64,000 nt of DNA from an uncultured Gammaproteobacteria bacterium (GTDB lineage: Bacteria; Patescibacteriota; Microgenomatia; Levybacterales; GWA1-39-11): NCBI GenBank assembly GCA_964427615.1, contig CAYRUR010000001.1, forward strand, positions 50,425 to 114,424, written 5' to 3'. The notes beneath the pieces are model-generated. The model saw only the letters and a list, made by a program, of their open reading frames with translations. It made no database searches and was not told where the DNA came from. Shown piece by piece: positions 41,308-50,378 of the stretch (the stretch's first letter is position 1; each line of letters starts with the position of its first letter). The translations under genes and the position numbers were made by a program.

Positions 41308-41318
41308 TCCCTCAGCTT

Positions 41319-41546
41319 TTATAAAGCTATTGCAGGAGCTTGAGAACTCTCTGTTTTTGCCCTATAATCGCTTATGGTACGGATAATATCCCAGAGGGGG
41401 AGCCATAGTTGATTATCATTGTACGATAATATCGTATCAAATGGTTTTTGAGCTTGAAATTGCACGTTTTTACCCTCTAATTTCAGGTTCTGAAGTGTAA
41501 GCCTTATTAACTGCCGTCTTTCTTCAACTTCTGAACTTTCAAACAA
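41319..41546 (-). CDS. Small hypothetical protein, last gene of the minus-strand four-gene cluster
   Basis: 75 aa ORF with no motif. Confidence 0.3.
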   Translation of the reverse strand: MFESSEVEERRQLIRLTLQNLKLEGKNVQFQAQKPFDTILSYNDNQLWLPLWDIIRTISDYRAKTESSQAPAIAL

Positions 41547-41652
41547 TTCATACGCTTTATTTGCCAGTTCTAGTAGGTATTTAGCCGTGATGTAGTAGTT
41601 ATCCTCTGCTTCCTGTAATAATGCCAGTATGGTATCTATATCCGCAATCTGT

Positions 41653-42129
41653 TCACAGAACGACTGATAAATCTGTCATGGTCGCTTTCAGTAATACACC
41701 TGTAGCTATATCATATTGGGGTGTTTGCATGCCCTTTATTATGTTTAGCTGTTGTTCCAGTATCTGTATTTGAAGCTCCGTCATATACGCCTCACATTCT
41801 TCTTTTTGTCTTTCCCAGTCTGATTTTTTGATAGTTACAGGCGGGTCATATCTTTCAAAATTAACTAAATCAACTTCAGGTGGTTCGTATATCGGTAGCT
41901 CTGGCATTTTGATAGTCTGCAAAATGTCTAAAGCAGGAAACTTGTAAGCTGTGATCGTCTTCAAAACTTCTGCCATGTTTGAGTTTGCTATCTCGGCTAA
42001 AGTAGTCCCTAGTTTGGTAAATTGCTCATGATTTGCTTCTACAATCGGTTTTAATGCTTCTGCTCGTTCTTCAACAGACATCTTATCCAAATCGTAGAGA
42101 GTTACTTTTTTATCAGATAATTTCGGCAT
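41653..42129 (-). CDS. Hypothetical protein, third gene of the minus-strand cluster
   Basis: 158 aa, acidic, with coiled-coil-like segments. No motif recognised. Confidence 0.4.
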   Translation of the reverse strand: MPKLSDKKVTLYDLDKMSVEERAEALKPIVEANHEQFTKLGTTLAEIANSNMAEVLKTITAYKFPALDILQTIKMPELPIYEPPEVDLVNFERYDPPVTIKKSDWERQKEECEAYMTELQIQILEQQLNIIKGMQTPQYDIATGVLLKATMTDLSVVL

Positions 42130-42155
42130 ATGTCATTACATCTTCAAAAAACGGT

Positions 42156-43154
42156 CTATAAAAACCGTTCAGTTATGGGCAATAAATGTTTTCGTATTGG
42201 CACTGGAAACATGTGTAAAAACTTATTCCACTTTTCAACTTTGTTTTCTGGAAACTCTGCAAACATCGGGTCTTTTTGAAGCATTTTCTGTTCATATGGT
42301 AATAAGCGACACAGTCTAAATGGTATTTTGCCTTGAGCTATTTCTTCTTTCGTCCAATTATCTTTTACTCCAATTGCCCCAGTACCCTTACGCACCATTA
42401 CAATCACTTTCTCATCGGGGTCTTTACTAAAATCAGGGTGTACATCAATGACTTCAGCCTTGTCGTAGGTCGCTTTGTATATTTTTACCAATCGTGTCAT
42501 TACTTCAAAGTATGCAAGGGTCTTATTTACAAGCTTCATTACATCGTCTGTTTTATACACCTTAGTAGGACTAGGAATACGTACCTCATCATCATATAAA
42601 CAGTAATCAGAGTGAAAAACTGCGTTTCTCAAGTCTTTATCAAAAATACTTACTAATGGCTCAATGTTTTTTTCCAAACCTTGGATTTTTGCCATTTCCT
42701 TTATTTTGTTTAACTTTTCAGAAGCGAACATTGGTCTAGTCTTGCCACTTTTCCCGAGCTTTATATCTGGAAAGCAAAACGCAGAGTATCTGTTGCCCGA
42801 AATAACCCTCAGTAAATTACACAGCAAGTCGTATGGATAAGCGGCTTCTAATATTAAGCCGTAGAGGACAAGGAATAAATGCAACTGCTCGGTGTTGTAG
42901 CAAACTTTGTACTTCAGCTTATTAAAGGTTTCAAAAATATCTTGAGTTGTTTCAAATGCGTCCCAACCCGCATCATGCATTCCCTTTATATTTATTAGTG
43001 TGCAAATAAACTCAAAATCGGATTGTTCCTGTGCCTTGGCAAAGAGCGGGTCTAAAGCATTGAAGTAATCAACCAAAGCTTGTGCGTATGTGGGGTTAGT
43101 GTCCTTTGGAACATTGTGTGCTATCCATAATCCATTTTCGTCTCGTTTTATCAT
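42156..43154 (-). CDS. Hypothetical protein with a HEPN-like Rx4H motif
   Basis: 332 aa. Contains DLRNAVFHSDY (R-x4-H) in a predicted helical context. Separated from the upstream TIGR02391-like gene by 4 nt. Confidence 0.45.
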   Translation of the reverse strand: MIKRDENGLWIAHNVPKDTNPTYAQALVDYFNALDPLFAKAQEQSDFEFICTLINIKGMHDAGWDAFETTQDIFETFNKLKYKVCYNTEQLHLFLVLYGLILEAAYPYDLLCNLLRVISGNRYSAFCFPDIKLGKSGKTRPMFASEKLNKIKEMAKIQGLEKNIEPLVSIFDKDLRNAVFHSDYCLYDDEVRIPSPTKVYKTDDVMKLVNKTLAYFEVMTRLVKIYKATYDKAEVIDVHPDFSKDPDEKVIVMVRKGTGAIGVKDNWTKEEIAQGKIPFRLCRLLPYEQKMLQKDPMFAEFPENKVEKWNKFLHMFPVPIRKHLLPITERFL

Positions 43155-43157
43155 AGG

Positions 43158-43931
43158 TCATATAGTAGTTTTTATTTCTGCTTGGTCTAATAGGTTCATA
43201 GCAAGGCTACTTAAAGATAGGTATTCGTAGGCTCTTTGAGGGTCATCTATCTTTGCGTCAGAAGTGTGGCTTTTTTCGTTTCTGAACATATCAATAGCCA
43301 TTGTTAAAAACTTTACTCCTTCATTGAAGTCATGGTCTACATTACTGGCAACAGCACCTTTAATATGTAACTTAGTGTTTCCAAAAGCCTTAGAGCCTGT
43401 TTCATATCCCGTCAAATCTCTTAATCTATCTCTAACAATCTTAAATCCTTTTTCTACAGCCTCTGGGTATTCTGCTTTTTCAAATAAGCTCTGGCATTTT
43501 GCAAAAATCTCTGGGTGTAAAACAGAAAGGTCGTGTTTTAATTGCGAAACAATTTTTTTAGGAGTTTTACCCATAAACTCTTGATACTCTGGCTCATTTT
43601 GTATTTTCAGAAAGTAATCATCAAAAGCAGGTAACAACTCAATATGATAAGAACCATCGTCTGGCTCGTTCAATCCATACATAGCTCCAGCTTCTCTTAT
43701 GCGATTTCCTACTTTAAGAGTGATAATCACTTTTTCTTCCTGCTCTAGCTTTGCAAATAGTAGGCTAAGTTCATCGCCTTTATATTTATTATTGAGGTTC
43801 CGTGTGGCGTGTATTTTCAAAGATTGTCCCGATGGTGTAATTTCTCTTACATCCTCAAGCCTATTTAGTAAAAAATAAAGTTTCTGCTTGCCGTTCATCA
43901 TATAGTCATTACATTTTCGTAAAATGAGCAA
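43158..43931 (-). CDS. Protein with a C-terminal TIGR02391/Abi_C-like (HEPN-superfamily) domain
   Basis: C-terminal AVEKGFKIVRDRLRDLTGYETGSKAFG...LHIKGA...NEGVKFLTMAIDMFRNEKSHT (R-x4-H) resembles the TIGR02391/Abi_C consensus AV.KAF..VE.RLRELSG...KAFG...FRNP.AH. An alternative start is ATG 43901. Confidence 0.55.
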   Translation of the reverse strand: MLILRKCNDYMMNGKQKLYFLLNRLEDVREITPSGQSLKIHATRNLNNKYKGDELSLLFAKLEQEEKVIITLKVGNRIREAGAMYGLNEPDDGSYHIELLPAFDDYFLKIQNEPEYQEFMGKTPKKIVSQLKHDLSVLHPEIFAKCQSLFEKAEYPEAVEKGFKIVRDRLRDLTGYETGSKAFGNTKLHIKGAVASNVDHDFNEGVKFLTMAIDMFRNEKSHTSDAKIDDPQRAYEYLSLSSLAMNLLDQAEIKTTI

Positions 43932-44118
43932 GCTCTATTTTATCATTGTTTAGCAATAAGTAGGAGTATTAAGTGTAAGCGGATTGGATTTCAAAAGTTT
44001 CAAAGACCGTTTTTATGTTCTGTAAGCTAAACCCGAACTCTATTTCTCGGTTACGGAACACATCAGCTAGTGGAGCCAAATAGAACAAACTACATTTTAT
44101 TCATGATATACTTTAGGT

Positions 44119-44427
44119 ATGTCTAAAAACCCTATTATTAATGCTTTGAGTGCTTCAGGGTATATCATCCTCGTTGTTTCTGTTATCACCTTTATATCTC
44201 AAACCCAGAAGAACAAGCCTGATACTTTTTTGGCTCCAATTATATTTTTATCACTACTTACTCTTTCTGTTACCGTAATGGCATGTCTGTTTTTTTATCA
44301 ACCTTTGCAGCTGTTTATATCGGAAAAGAAAAAAGAGGCAGTAGATTTATTTGTTAAGACAGTGGCTATATTTGCAGGATTGACACTTATTGCTTTAGCT
44401 TTACTTCTTACAGGGGTTATCAAGTAA
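44119..44427 (+). CDS. Small membrane protein (3 TM helices)
   Basis: 102 aa, entirely hydrophobic helices. Confidence 0.4.
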   Translation: MSKNPIINALSASGYIILVVSVITFISQTQKNKPDTFLAPIIFLSLLTLSVTVMACLFFYQPLQLFISEKKKEAVDLFVKTVAIFAGLTLIALALLLTGVIK

Positions 44428-44590
44428 TACTAGAAAATAAATTCGAACATTGACTAGCCCTCGAGCCAATTCATTCTTAATGAGAGATTGCATTCCTATT
44501 GATAAGTTTATTCTGACAATCTTTCCTCATTTCTTTTAAAAAACGTCTTGACTTAAAGAAATACATACACAATTCTAGATCTTCTGTAGT

Positions 44591-44635
44591 AATGAACTCC
44601 CCCGCGGCAAGCTGACGGGGTAGTTCATTCTTTTT
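44591..44635 (+). terminator. Rho-independent terminator-like hairpin
   Basis: AATGAACTCCCC ... GGGGTAGTTCATT (12-bp stem with a 1-nt bulge) followed by CTTTTT. Confidence 0.45.
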
Positions 44636-44691
44636 AAAAAATCAACTAAAATCCTTACAAAAAAATTACTGTGGGTTGATACAATCACGAC

Positions 44692-45342
44692 ATGAAAAGC
44701 TGGATCATTTTGGCTATTTTTTCAATTATCCTTTTACTTTTCGATCCATCGTTAGCGATAGCTCAATCCAATGCAGAAAGCAGCAACCATACTGCTCGTG
44801 AAGAAATGGAAGGAAAAGGTATATGGGAAAAACTACAGTCAAAACAACTAGAATGCAAGAACTTAACCGAGCATAATTTTGAAATATTAGGAGAATACTT
44901 TATGGGTCAATCTATTGACAATACTCAAAGACATGAAGCTATGAACAAAATGATGACCAGTATGATGGGAGAAGAAGGCGAAAGACAGATGCATGTTACT
45001 CTGGGCGAAAGGTATAGTAGCTGCGATACTGCTGCTACATATCCTCAAAATGGGTGGGGTTTTATGCCAATGATGTGGATGAGAGAAGGAGGTGGAAATT
45101 CAATGATGGGTTATGATGGTTGGGATCACATGATGGGCTGGAGTTTTGGCATTTTAGGATGGTTTTCTATGTTGATTTTTTGGATACTTCTTATTCTAGG
45201 AGTTATTGCTCTAATTAGATATCTAACCAGATCAGAGTCAAGTAGAGAAAGCACCTCATCTCTTAACATTCTCAAAGAACGATATGCTCGAGGAGAAATT
45301 AATAAAAAAGAATTTGAAGAAAAAAAGAAAGATCTACTTTAG
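44692..45342 (+). CDS. Secreted or membrane Met-rich protein with a C-terminal SHOCT domain
   Basis: Signal peptide MKSWIILAIFSIILLLFDPSLAIAQS. Met-rich block MPMMWMREGGGNSMMGYDGWDHMMGW, a TM helix, and C-terminal SHOCT-like LNILKERYARGEINKKEFEEKKKDLL. Confidence 0.6.
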   Translation: MKSWIILAIFSIILLLFDPSLAIAQSNAESSNHTAREEMEGKGIWEKLQSKQLECKNLTEHNFEILGEYFMGQSIDNTQRHEAMNKMMTSMMGEEGERQMHVTLGERYSSCDTAATYPQNGWGFMPMMWMREGGGNSMMGYDGWDHMMGWSFGILGWFSMLIFWILLILGVIALIRYLTRSESSRESTSSLNILKERYARGEINKKEFEEKKKDLL

Positions 45343-45607
45343 TAATTTTATTTACTTTTTGATGAGTTTTAGACATTCTAATTAAGTATCCTTGAATAAA
45401 GACTGCTTCTTTACAAAACTATAAAAACGATATTTACTCTTTAATTGAAAAAGGCACATAAATAACTGTTTCGGTAAGATGTAACAATCACACCCAATAA
45501 TTCTCCTTTTAAGACAAAATTTCCTTACTTTTTTATTTCACGAGTTATACATGATGTTTAAGAGCACGACGTATAAACGGTGCCATAAAAAGGGAGGTGA
45601 TAAACAC

Positions 45608-45895
45608 ATGCGTATTTTAAGTATAAAAAAGGTCATTCTCTCCGTTGCAGTAGCGGTAGTAGCACTTAGTTCTTTGTTTATGACACCATCAGCGTTTGCT
45701 GGTTACGACTATGGAAATAACTGGAATTGGAATCGCTACGATAACTATAACCACTACGGACGCGATAGAGATGATTGCTACAGAAATAACCGATATGACT
45801 ATTACCGCAATAGAGATCGGTTCTCCAGAGTTTACTATAAAGCCGTTTACAGTTCCTTTTATGGAAATAACGGCTACGGGTACTGGGGGTACTGA
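45608..45895 (+). CDS. Small secreted Tyr/Asn/Arg/Asp-rich low-complexity protein
   Basis: Signal peptide MRILSIKKVILSVAVAVVALSSLFMTPSAFA, then YDYGNNWNWNRYDNYNHYGRDRDDCYRNNRYDYYRNRDR...GNNGYGYWGY. The longer ORF starts at 45551. Confidence 0.5.
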   Translation: MRILSIKKVILSVAVAVVALSSLFMTPSAFAGYDYGNNWNWNRYDNYNHYGRDRDDCYRNNRYDYYRNRDRFSRVYYKAVYSSFYGNNGYGYWGY

Positions 45896-46227
45896 TAGTA
45901 GCAAATTCCAGCCGACAGCTTAAAAACTGTTGAACCAAAGAGTAACGTACCATTCTATTTCTAGAAAACGTTTCTCGCAATTTAGAGGGGCTTTACTGTC
46001 CCTCTAAATTATGGGGAATACATATAACTCAAGTAATTGTTCTTAAAAACCCTCAAGAAGTAGAGTAATTTTTAGAAAATGTTACATAAAATAGTTTTTC
46101 ATTATTTAATGTAACGAAGCGATTACGTATAAATCTTTTCCTTACTAATAATTAATATCTCTTTTTTAGAAGAAATTGCTTTCATCATATATATTTATAT
46201 TAGTAGTAATAGTAGAGGGTGTTAATA

Positions 46228-46419
46228 TGTGTATAAACGGTGAAGAAAAGGTTCAAAAAATATGTGGATAACTCCGGCATAACTTTGGGGAAATAATGTT
46301 AATAAAAATGAACCTCTTTTTATTATGTTAATATCTGGCTCGTATTCTACAAAAACAAACATCTTTTACACATTTGCCAATTGCCCTGATCCCCAACATA
46401 TCCACATGAGTTATCCCCA
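46228..46419. promoter_or_regulatory. Cluster of DnaA-box-like 9-mers in an AT-rich intergenic region
   Basis: TGTGtATAA (46228-46236), perfect TGTGGATAA (46263-46271), aTATCCACA (46398-46406) and TTATCCcCA (46411-46419), preceded by a very AT-rich tract at 46141-46215. Confidence 0.4.
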
Positions 46420-46483
46420 TTTTGGGATACCTTTAAAAAGGTACTTTCTAAACTAATTCCTATCTGTTTCTCATAAAAATCTT

Positions 46484-47743
46484 ATGCTTTTGCAGTATAC
46501 AAAAGGTATGAAAGAAAGTAGTGAAGGTAGAAGTCCTCTGGGTATGCAAACGCGATTGACTAGAAGGCAATTGTTGGTAGGCGCGGGAGCATCACTTCTT
46601 ACATCTTGTATAAAAGCACCTGAAAAGAAACCGAATGAAACACTACTCTCCAGGGCTCCTTCTACAGGAGATTCTTTTGTAACAGAACAAGCTTCCTTTT
46701 CACCGTCCCTAAATCTTTTAGAATGTGATCCTGTACATATGAGAGAAGCAAGAGAAGCCTTTATTGTTGGTTATGAGAACTGGAAAAGACAATTTTTATC
46801 ATCAGCAGGCAAAGAACAGCTGAGGGTGATTTCTAATGAAGAAGAAGGAACCTTCTCAGAGTTTATGGGACACGGCATGCTTTTTTCAGCTTACAGGGAT
46901 GATAAACCTACTTTTGAAGGACTTTGGAAGTATGCGCAGCAGCACACAAATACTGATGGACTGATGAGTTGGAACGTTGATGCTTTAGGTAGCCCTAACA
47001 GTAACAGTTCTGCAGCAGACGCAGATATTGATATCGCACAGGCTTTATTGGTTGCAGATAAAAGGTGGGGTGGATATAGTGACGAGGCTGGCGAACTTAT
47101 TACTACTATTATGGATCATGATGTAGAACCAGATACTTTTATATTGAAAGGCGGAAATGATTGGGGGGGAAGCAGCGGCACAAATTCTTCCTATTACTCA
47201 CCTCTTTCCTATGAGGAATTTGCAGTACATACAGGAGACACAAGGTGGAAAAATGTCGCACAAAAAAGTTGGGAGGTAATTGATGCAGTTAAGGAAGCAA
47301 GACATACCAGAACAGGTCTTCCTCCAGATTGGACACTTCCCAACGGAGAACCACTTTTATCAGTAGGACCCACAACTCATTATTATGGATATGAAGCAAT
47401 ACGGGTACCCTTACGGCAAGCAGAAGCAGCTCTTGTGTCAAGAGACGACGCTGTACGAGTTCATGCTGTAAAACAAATGATGAAAGTAAACGCTTTCTTT
47501 GAAACTATTGATCCTGACTATATGAAAGACGGATACGATATTCGTACCGGTAAGACAGTGGGAAAATATTATGAGGTTCCTGCATTTATCTCAACAACTG
47601 CAGTTGCCTCACTTGTCTCTTCCAGAGAAGAGTATCGTCAAAGGCTGCATGAGAAGACGATAAGACAGGTAAGTAAGCAGGTCTATAATGAGACTATCCG
47701 ATTGCGTGCTCTACTCCTACTCAGTGGATTGATGAAAGAATAA
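46484..47743 (+). CDS. Glycoside hydrolase family 8 (endoglucanase/chitosanase-type) lipoprotein
   Basis: AADADIDIAQALLVADKRW closely matches the GH8 PROSITE signature A-[ST]-D-[AG]-D-x2-[IM]-A-x-[SA]-[LIVM]-[LIVMG]-x-A-x3-[FW]. The N-terminus has a twin-Arg-like TRRQLLVGAGASLLTSC with a lipobox-like Cys. Confidence 0.7.
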   Translation: MLLQYTKGMKESSEGRSPLGMQTRLTRRQLLVGAGASLLTSCIKAPEKKPNETLLSRAPSTGDSFVTEQASFSPSLNLLECDPVHMREAREAFIVGYENWKRQFLSSAGKEQLRVISNEEEGTFSEFMGHGMLFSAYRDDKPTFEGLWKYAQQHTNTDGLMSWNVDALGSPNSNSSAADADIDIAQALLVADKRWGGYSDEAGELITTIMDHDVEPDTFILKGGNDWGGSSGTNSSYYSPLSYEEFAVHTGDTRWKNVAQKSWEVIDAVKEARHTRTGLPPDWTLPNGEPLLSVGPTTHYYGYEAIRVPLRQAEAALVSRDDAVRVHAVKQMMKVNAFFETIDPDYMKDGYDIRTGKTVGKYYEVPAFISTTAVASLVSSREEYRQRLHEKTIRQVSKQVYNETIRLRALLLLSGLMKE

Positions 47744-47763
47744 AAAGAGGATACAATAAGAGC

Positions 47764-48420
47764 ATGAAGCCTATGGTTTGTATTTTTGCTCATCCTGATG
47801 ATGAATCTTTTGGTCCCGGTGGTTCAATTGCTTCTTTTGCCAAAGAGCGCGATGTATACCTGATTTGCGTGACGAGTGGAGATGCTCAGGAACAATTTAA
47901 TCATTCAGATATAAGTGATTTAGGAAAGGCAAGAAAACAAGAACTCATACGTGCAGCTTCTATTTTAGGAGTAAAAAAGGTTGATTTTCTAGGGTACCAG
48001 GACGGAACACTTTCCAATAACCTTTATCATGAAATTGCAGAGAAAATACAGCAAAAAATAGAAGAGTATCAACCAGACACACTGCTTACGTTTGAGCCAA
48101 GAGGAGTATCAGGGCATATTGATCATATTGCGGTCTCCATGATAACTACCTATGTGTTTTACAAACTCCCATATCTTAAAAAACTTCTCTATTTTTGCGA
48201 AACCAAAAAAATGGAAAGGGAGATGCGTGAGTACTTTATTTATGTTCCTCCTGGGTATGAATCAAAAGACATTGGTTTGACAATTGATACTACTGAAATG
48301 TGGGAAACAAAAATAACTGCGATGAAAGAACACCAATCCCAGCAAAAAGATGTTGACTGGATGCTACACATTTTGGCTAAATACCCTAAAGAAGAACATT
48401 TTCTGGTGCTGGAGAAGTAA
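47764..48420 (+). CDS. PIG-L/LmbE-family N-acetylglucosaminyl deacetylase
   Basis: FAHPDDESFGPGGSIA and a downstream HxxH region (GHIDHIAVS). Confidence 0.75.
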   Translation: MKPMVCIFAHPDDESFGPGGSIASFAKERDVYLICVTSGDAQEQFNHSDISDLGKARKQELIRAASILGVKKVDFLGYQDGTLSNNLYHEIAEKIQQKIEEYQPDTLLTFEPRGVSGHIDHIAVSMITTYVFYKLPYLKKLLYFCETKKMEREMREYFIYVPPGYESKDIGLTIDTTEMWETKITAMKEHQSQQKDVDWMLHILAKYPKEEHFLVLEK

Positions 48421-48430
48421 TATAAAAGTT

Positions 48431-49210
48431 TTAGATATTTTGTTCAAGTGTATCTTCTACTGTATATGGTCCTACTCGGGTTCTTTTAATAGAAAGAGCC
48501 AAAGCTCCTACTCCCAATCTTTCCCCTAAGTAATGGCAAAGAGATCTGATATAGGTCCCACTGGAGCAATGTATGTGAAAAGTAATAACAGGAAGTAGTG
48601 TTTCAGGTGGATAGAGAGAAAAAAAAGATTGCCATCTCTCCTTTATTTCTTTTTGCCGAAACTCTCCTTCAACTCGGTCTATTTGAGGAAAAATGCGGTC
48701 TTTGAGTTCTGAAAGGGTAATGGTCTTAGTATCAAGCATTTTAAGATCAAATATCTCTACTACCTTTGTTGGAATTACTATTTCTTTTAGTTTTTTTTTC
48801 CTTGCCCAGTAAAAAAGAGGTTTTCCATTAACTCGCGCTGAAGAGTAGGCAGGATAGGCTTGTTCCTGTTTTCCTTCCAGTAAGGGGAGGAGATAGGAAA
48901 GCTCTTCTTTCCAGTTGGAAGAAGGAGTTTTAATCTGAGGATCATCAAGTATTCCTAATGTATCATGGGTGTCTGTTTGGAGACCAAAAATAGCTTCAAA
49001 TAGATACTCTTTTTCAAGTCGTTCATAGTCTTTGCGTTTTTTATTCTCATCTCCTACAAGCACCAGAAGAACACCCTCAGCCATAGGGTCAAGTCTACCT
49101 GCATAGCCTAACTTTTGCTCCTGATAGGAAGGATTTTCTTTTTGAAATTGTTGAATAAGTTGCAGGGGAGTAATGCTTACTGGCTTATAAAGAGGTAGTA
49201 CTTTTTTCAT
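48431..49210 (-). CDS. truB: tRNA pseudouridine(55) synthase
   Basis: GYAGRLDPMAEGVLLVLVGDENKK matches the TruB GHxGTLDPxAxGVL...G..TK motif. Confidence 0.85.
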   Translation of the reverse strand: MKKVLPLYKPVSITPLQLIQQFQKENPSYQEQKLGYAGRLDPMAEGVLLVLVGDENKKRKDYERLEKEYLFEAIFGLQTDTHDTLGILDDPQIKTPSSNWKEELSYLLPLLEGKQEQAYPAYSSARVNGKPLFYWARKKKLKEIVIPTKVVEIFDLKMLDTKTITLSELKDRIFPQIDRVEGEFRQKEIKERWQSFFSLYPPETLLPVITFHIHCSSGTYIRSLCHYLGERLGVGALALSIKRTRVGPYTVEDTLEQNI

Positions 49211-49225
49211 AGCTTCTGATTATAC

Positions 49226-49262
49226 AAAAAGAAGAGGGTTTTTTGCCCCCTTCTTCTGTTTT
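49226..49262 (-). terminator. Intrinsic terminator of the sod gene
   Basis: On the minus-strand transcript, AGAAGGGGG-caaaaaa-CCCTCTTCT forms a stem and is followed by TTTTTGT. Confidence 0.5.
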
Positions 49263-49273
49263 TAAGAATAGTG

Positions 49274-49894
49274 TTATTTATTCTTTAATTCTTCAAAACG
49301 ATTACTGATAGCTTGCCAATTAAGGACTTGCCACCAGGCATCAATATATTCAGGACGCCTGTTTTGATACTTTAGGTAATAGGCATGCTCCCATACATCA
49401 AGACCCATAATGGGTTGTTTACCCTCCATTAAAGGAGAGTCTTGATTGGGAGTGGTGGTAATGGATAATGAACCATTATCAAGTACTAACCATGCCCAAC
49501 CGCTTCCAAATACGGTTGTTGCCGCTTGAGAAAATTTTTCCTTAAAAGACGCAAAATCACCAAAAGTGCTATCTAAAGCGCTAGCAAGTTCTCCTGTTGC
49601 TTCTCCACCTCCATTTGGTTGCATAATCTCCCAAAACATGGAGTGATTTGCATGTCCTCCTCCGTTGTTACGTACGGCGGTTCTGATATTCTCAGGGATT
49701 TGATCCAAGGATGACAGAATCTTTTCAATAGGCATTGCTGCCAGGTCTTCATGTCCTTGGAGAGCAGCATTGAGCTTATCTACATATGCTTGGTGATGTT
49801 TGTCATGGTGAAGATGCATGGTTTGCTCGTCAATATAAGGTTCCAGAGCATTATAAGCGTAGGGTAAATCTGGTACTCTAAACATAATATTCAC
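49274..49894 (-). CDS. Fe/Mn superoxide dismutase
   Basis: [32 protein letters not shown] and DVWEHAYYL metal-ligand motifs. Confidence 0.9.
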   Translation of the reverse strand: MNIMFRVPDLPYAYNALEPYIDEQTMHLHHDKHHQAYVDKLNAALQGHEDLAAMPIEKILSSLDQIPENIRTAVRNNGGGHANHSMFWEIMQPNGGGEATGELASALDSTFGDFASFKEKFSQAATTVFGSGWAWLVLDNGSLSITTTPNQDSPLMEGKQPIMGLDVWEHAYYLKYQNRRPEYIDAWWQVLNWQAISNRFEELKNK

Positions 49895-50001
49895 CTCCTT
49901 TCCTTATTAAGTATACATGAATAAGGAGTTTTATTTCACAAGCTAAGAAGGTAGATTTTAGTATCTACCTTCTTATACTAGTCTCGTTTTACGGACCATC
50001 G

Positions 50002-50283
50002 TTATATTCCTCGTGGTCCCAGAACCATTCTTCCAATCCAGATTAGGAGTATAGCTCCCAGCGTGGCTACAAGAATGCTGTAGAGATTAAATCCGGTTAC
50101 CCCAGGAGCGCCAAAAAGATTGGCTACAAAACCTCCTACAACTGCTCCCACGATACCAAAAAGAATATCCATGAGAGCTCCTTGAGAGCTATTTGTTTTC
50201 ATAACTACTGAGGCTAGCCATCCAGCTATAAGTCCTAGTAGTATCCATAATAGAAAATTCATATGTTCACCTCCTTTCAGCAA
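50002..50283 (-). CDS. GlsB/YeaQ/YmgE-family stress-response membrane protein
   Basis: 93 aa with LLGLIAGWLAS...GALMDILFGIVGAVVGGFV, typical of the transglycosylase-associated protein family. Confidence 0.7.
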   Translation of the reverse strand: MLKGGEHMNFLLWILLGLIAGWLASVVMKTNSSQGALMDILFGIVGAVVGGFVANLFGAPGVTGFNLYSILVATLGAILLIWIGRMVLGPRGI

Positions 50284-50378
50284 TTTATTCTGACATGATT
50301 ATCTTAGGTTGAATTGTTGAAAGTGTAATAATAACAACGTAAGAAAGGAGTAAGAGATACAGAACAGAACACACTTTA

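Noticed and set aside
45678-45980. Overlapping ORFs in all frames across the Tyr/Asn-rich gene
   Set aside because: Low-complexity repetitive DNA yields open frames on both strands. Only the plus frame has a signal peptide and sensible start context.
49931-49990. Perfect 12-bp hairpin (AAGAAGGTAGAT...ATCTACCTTCTT) between the sod and yeaQ genes, considered as a terminator
   Set aside because: Lies downstream of the minus-strand yeaQ-like gene, but the minus-strand transcript lacks a U-run after the stem. Orientation and function are unclear, so it is not reported as a feature.
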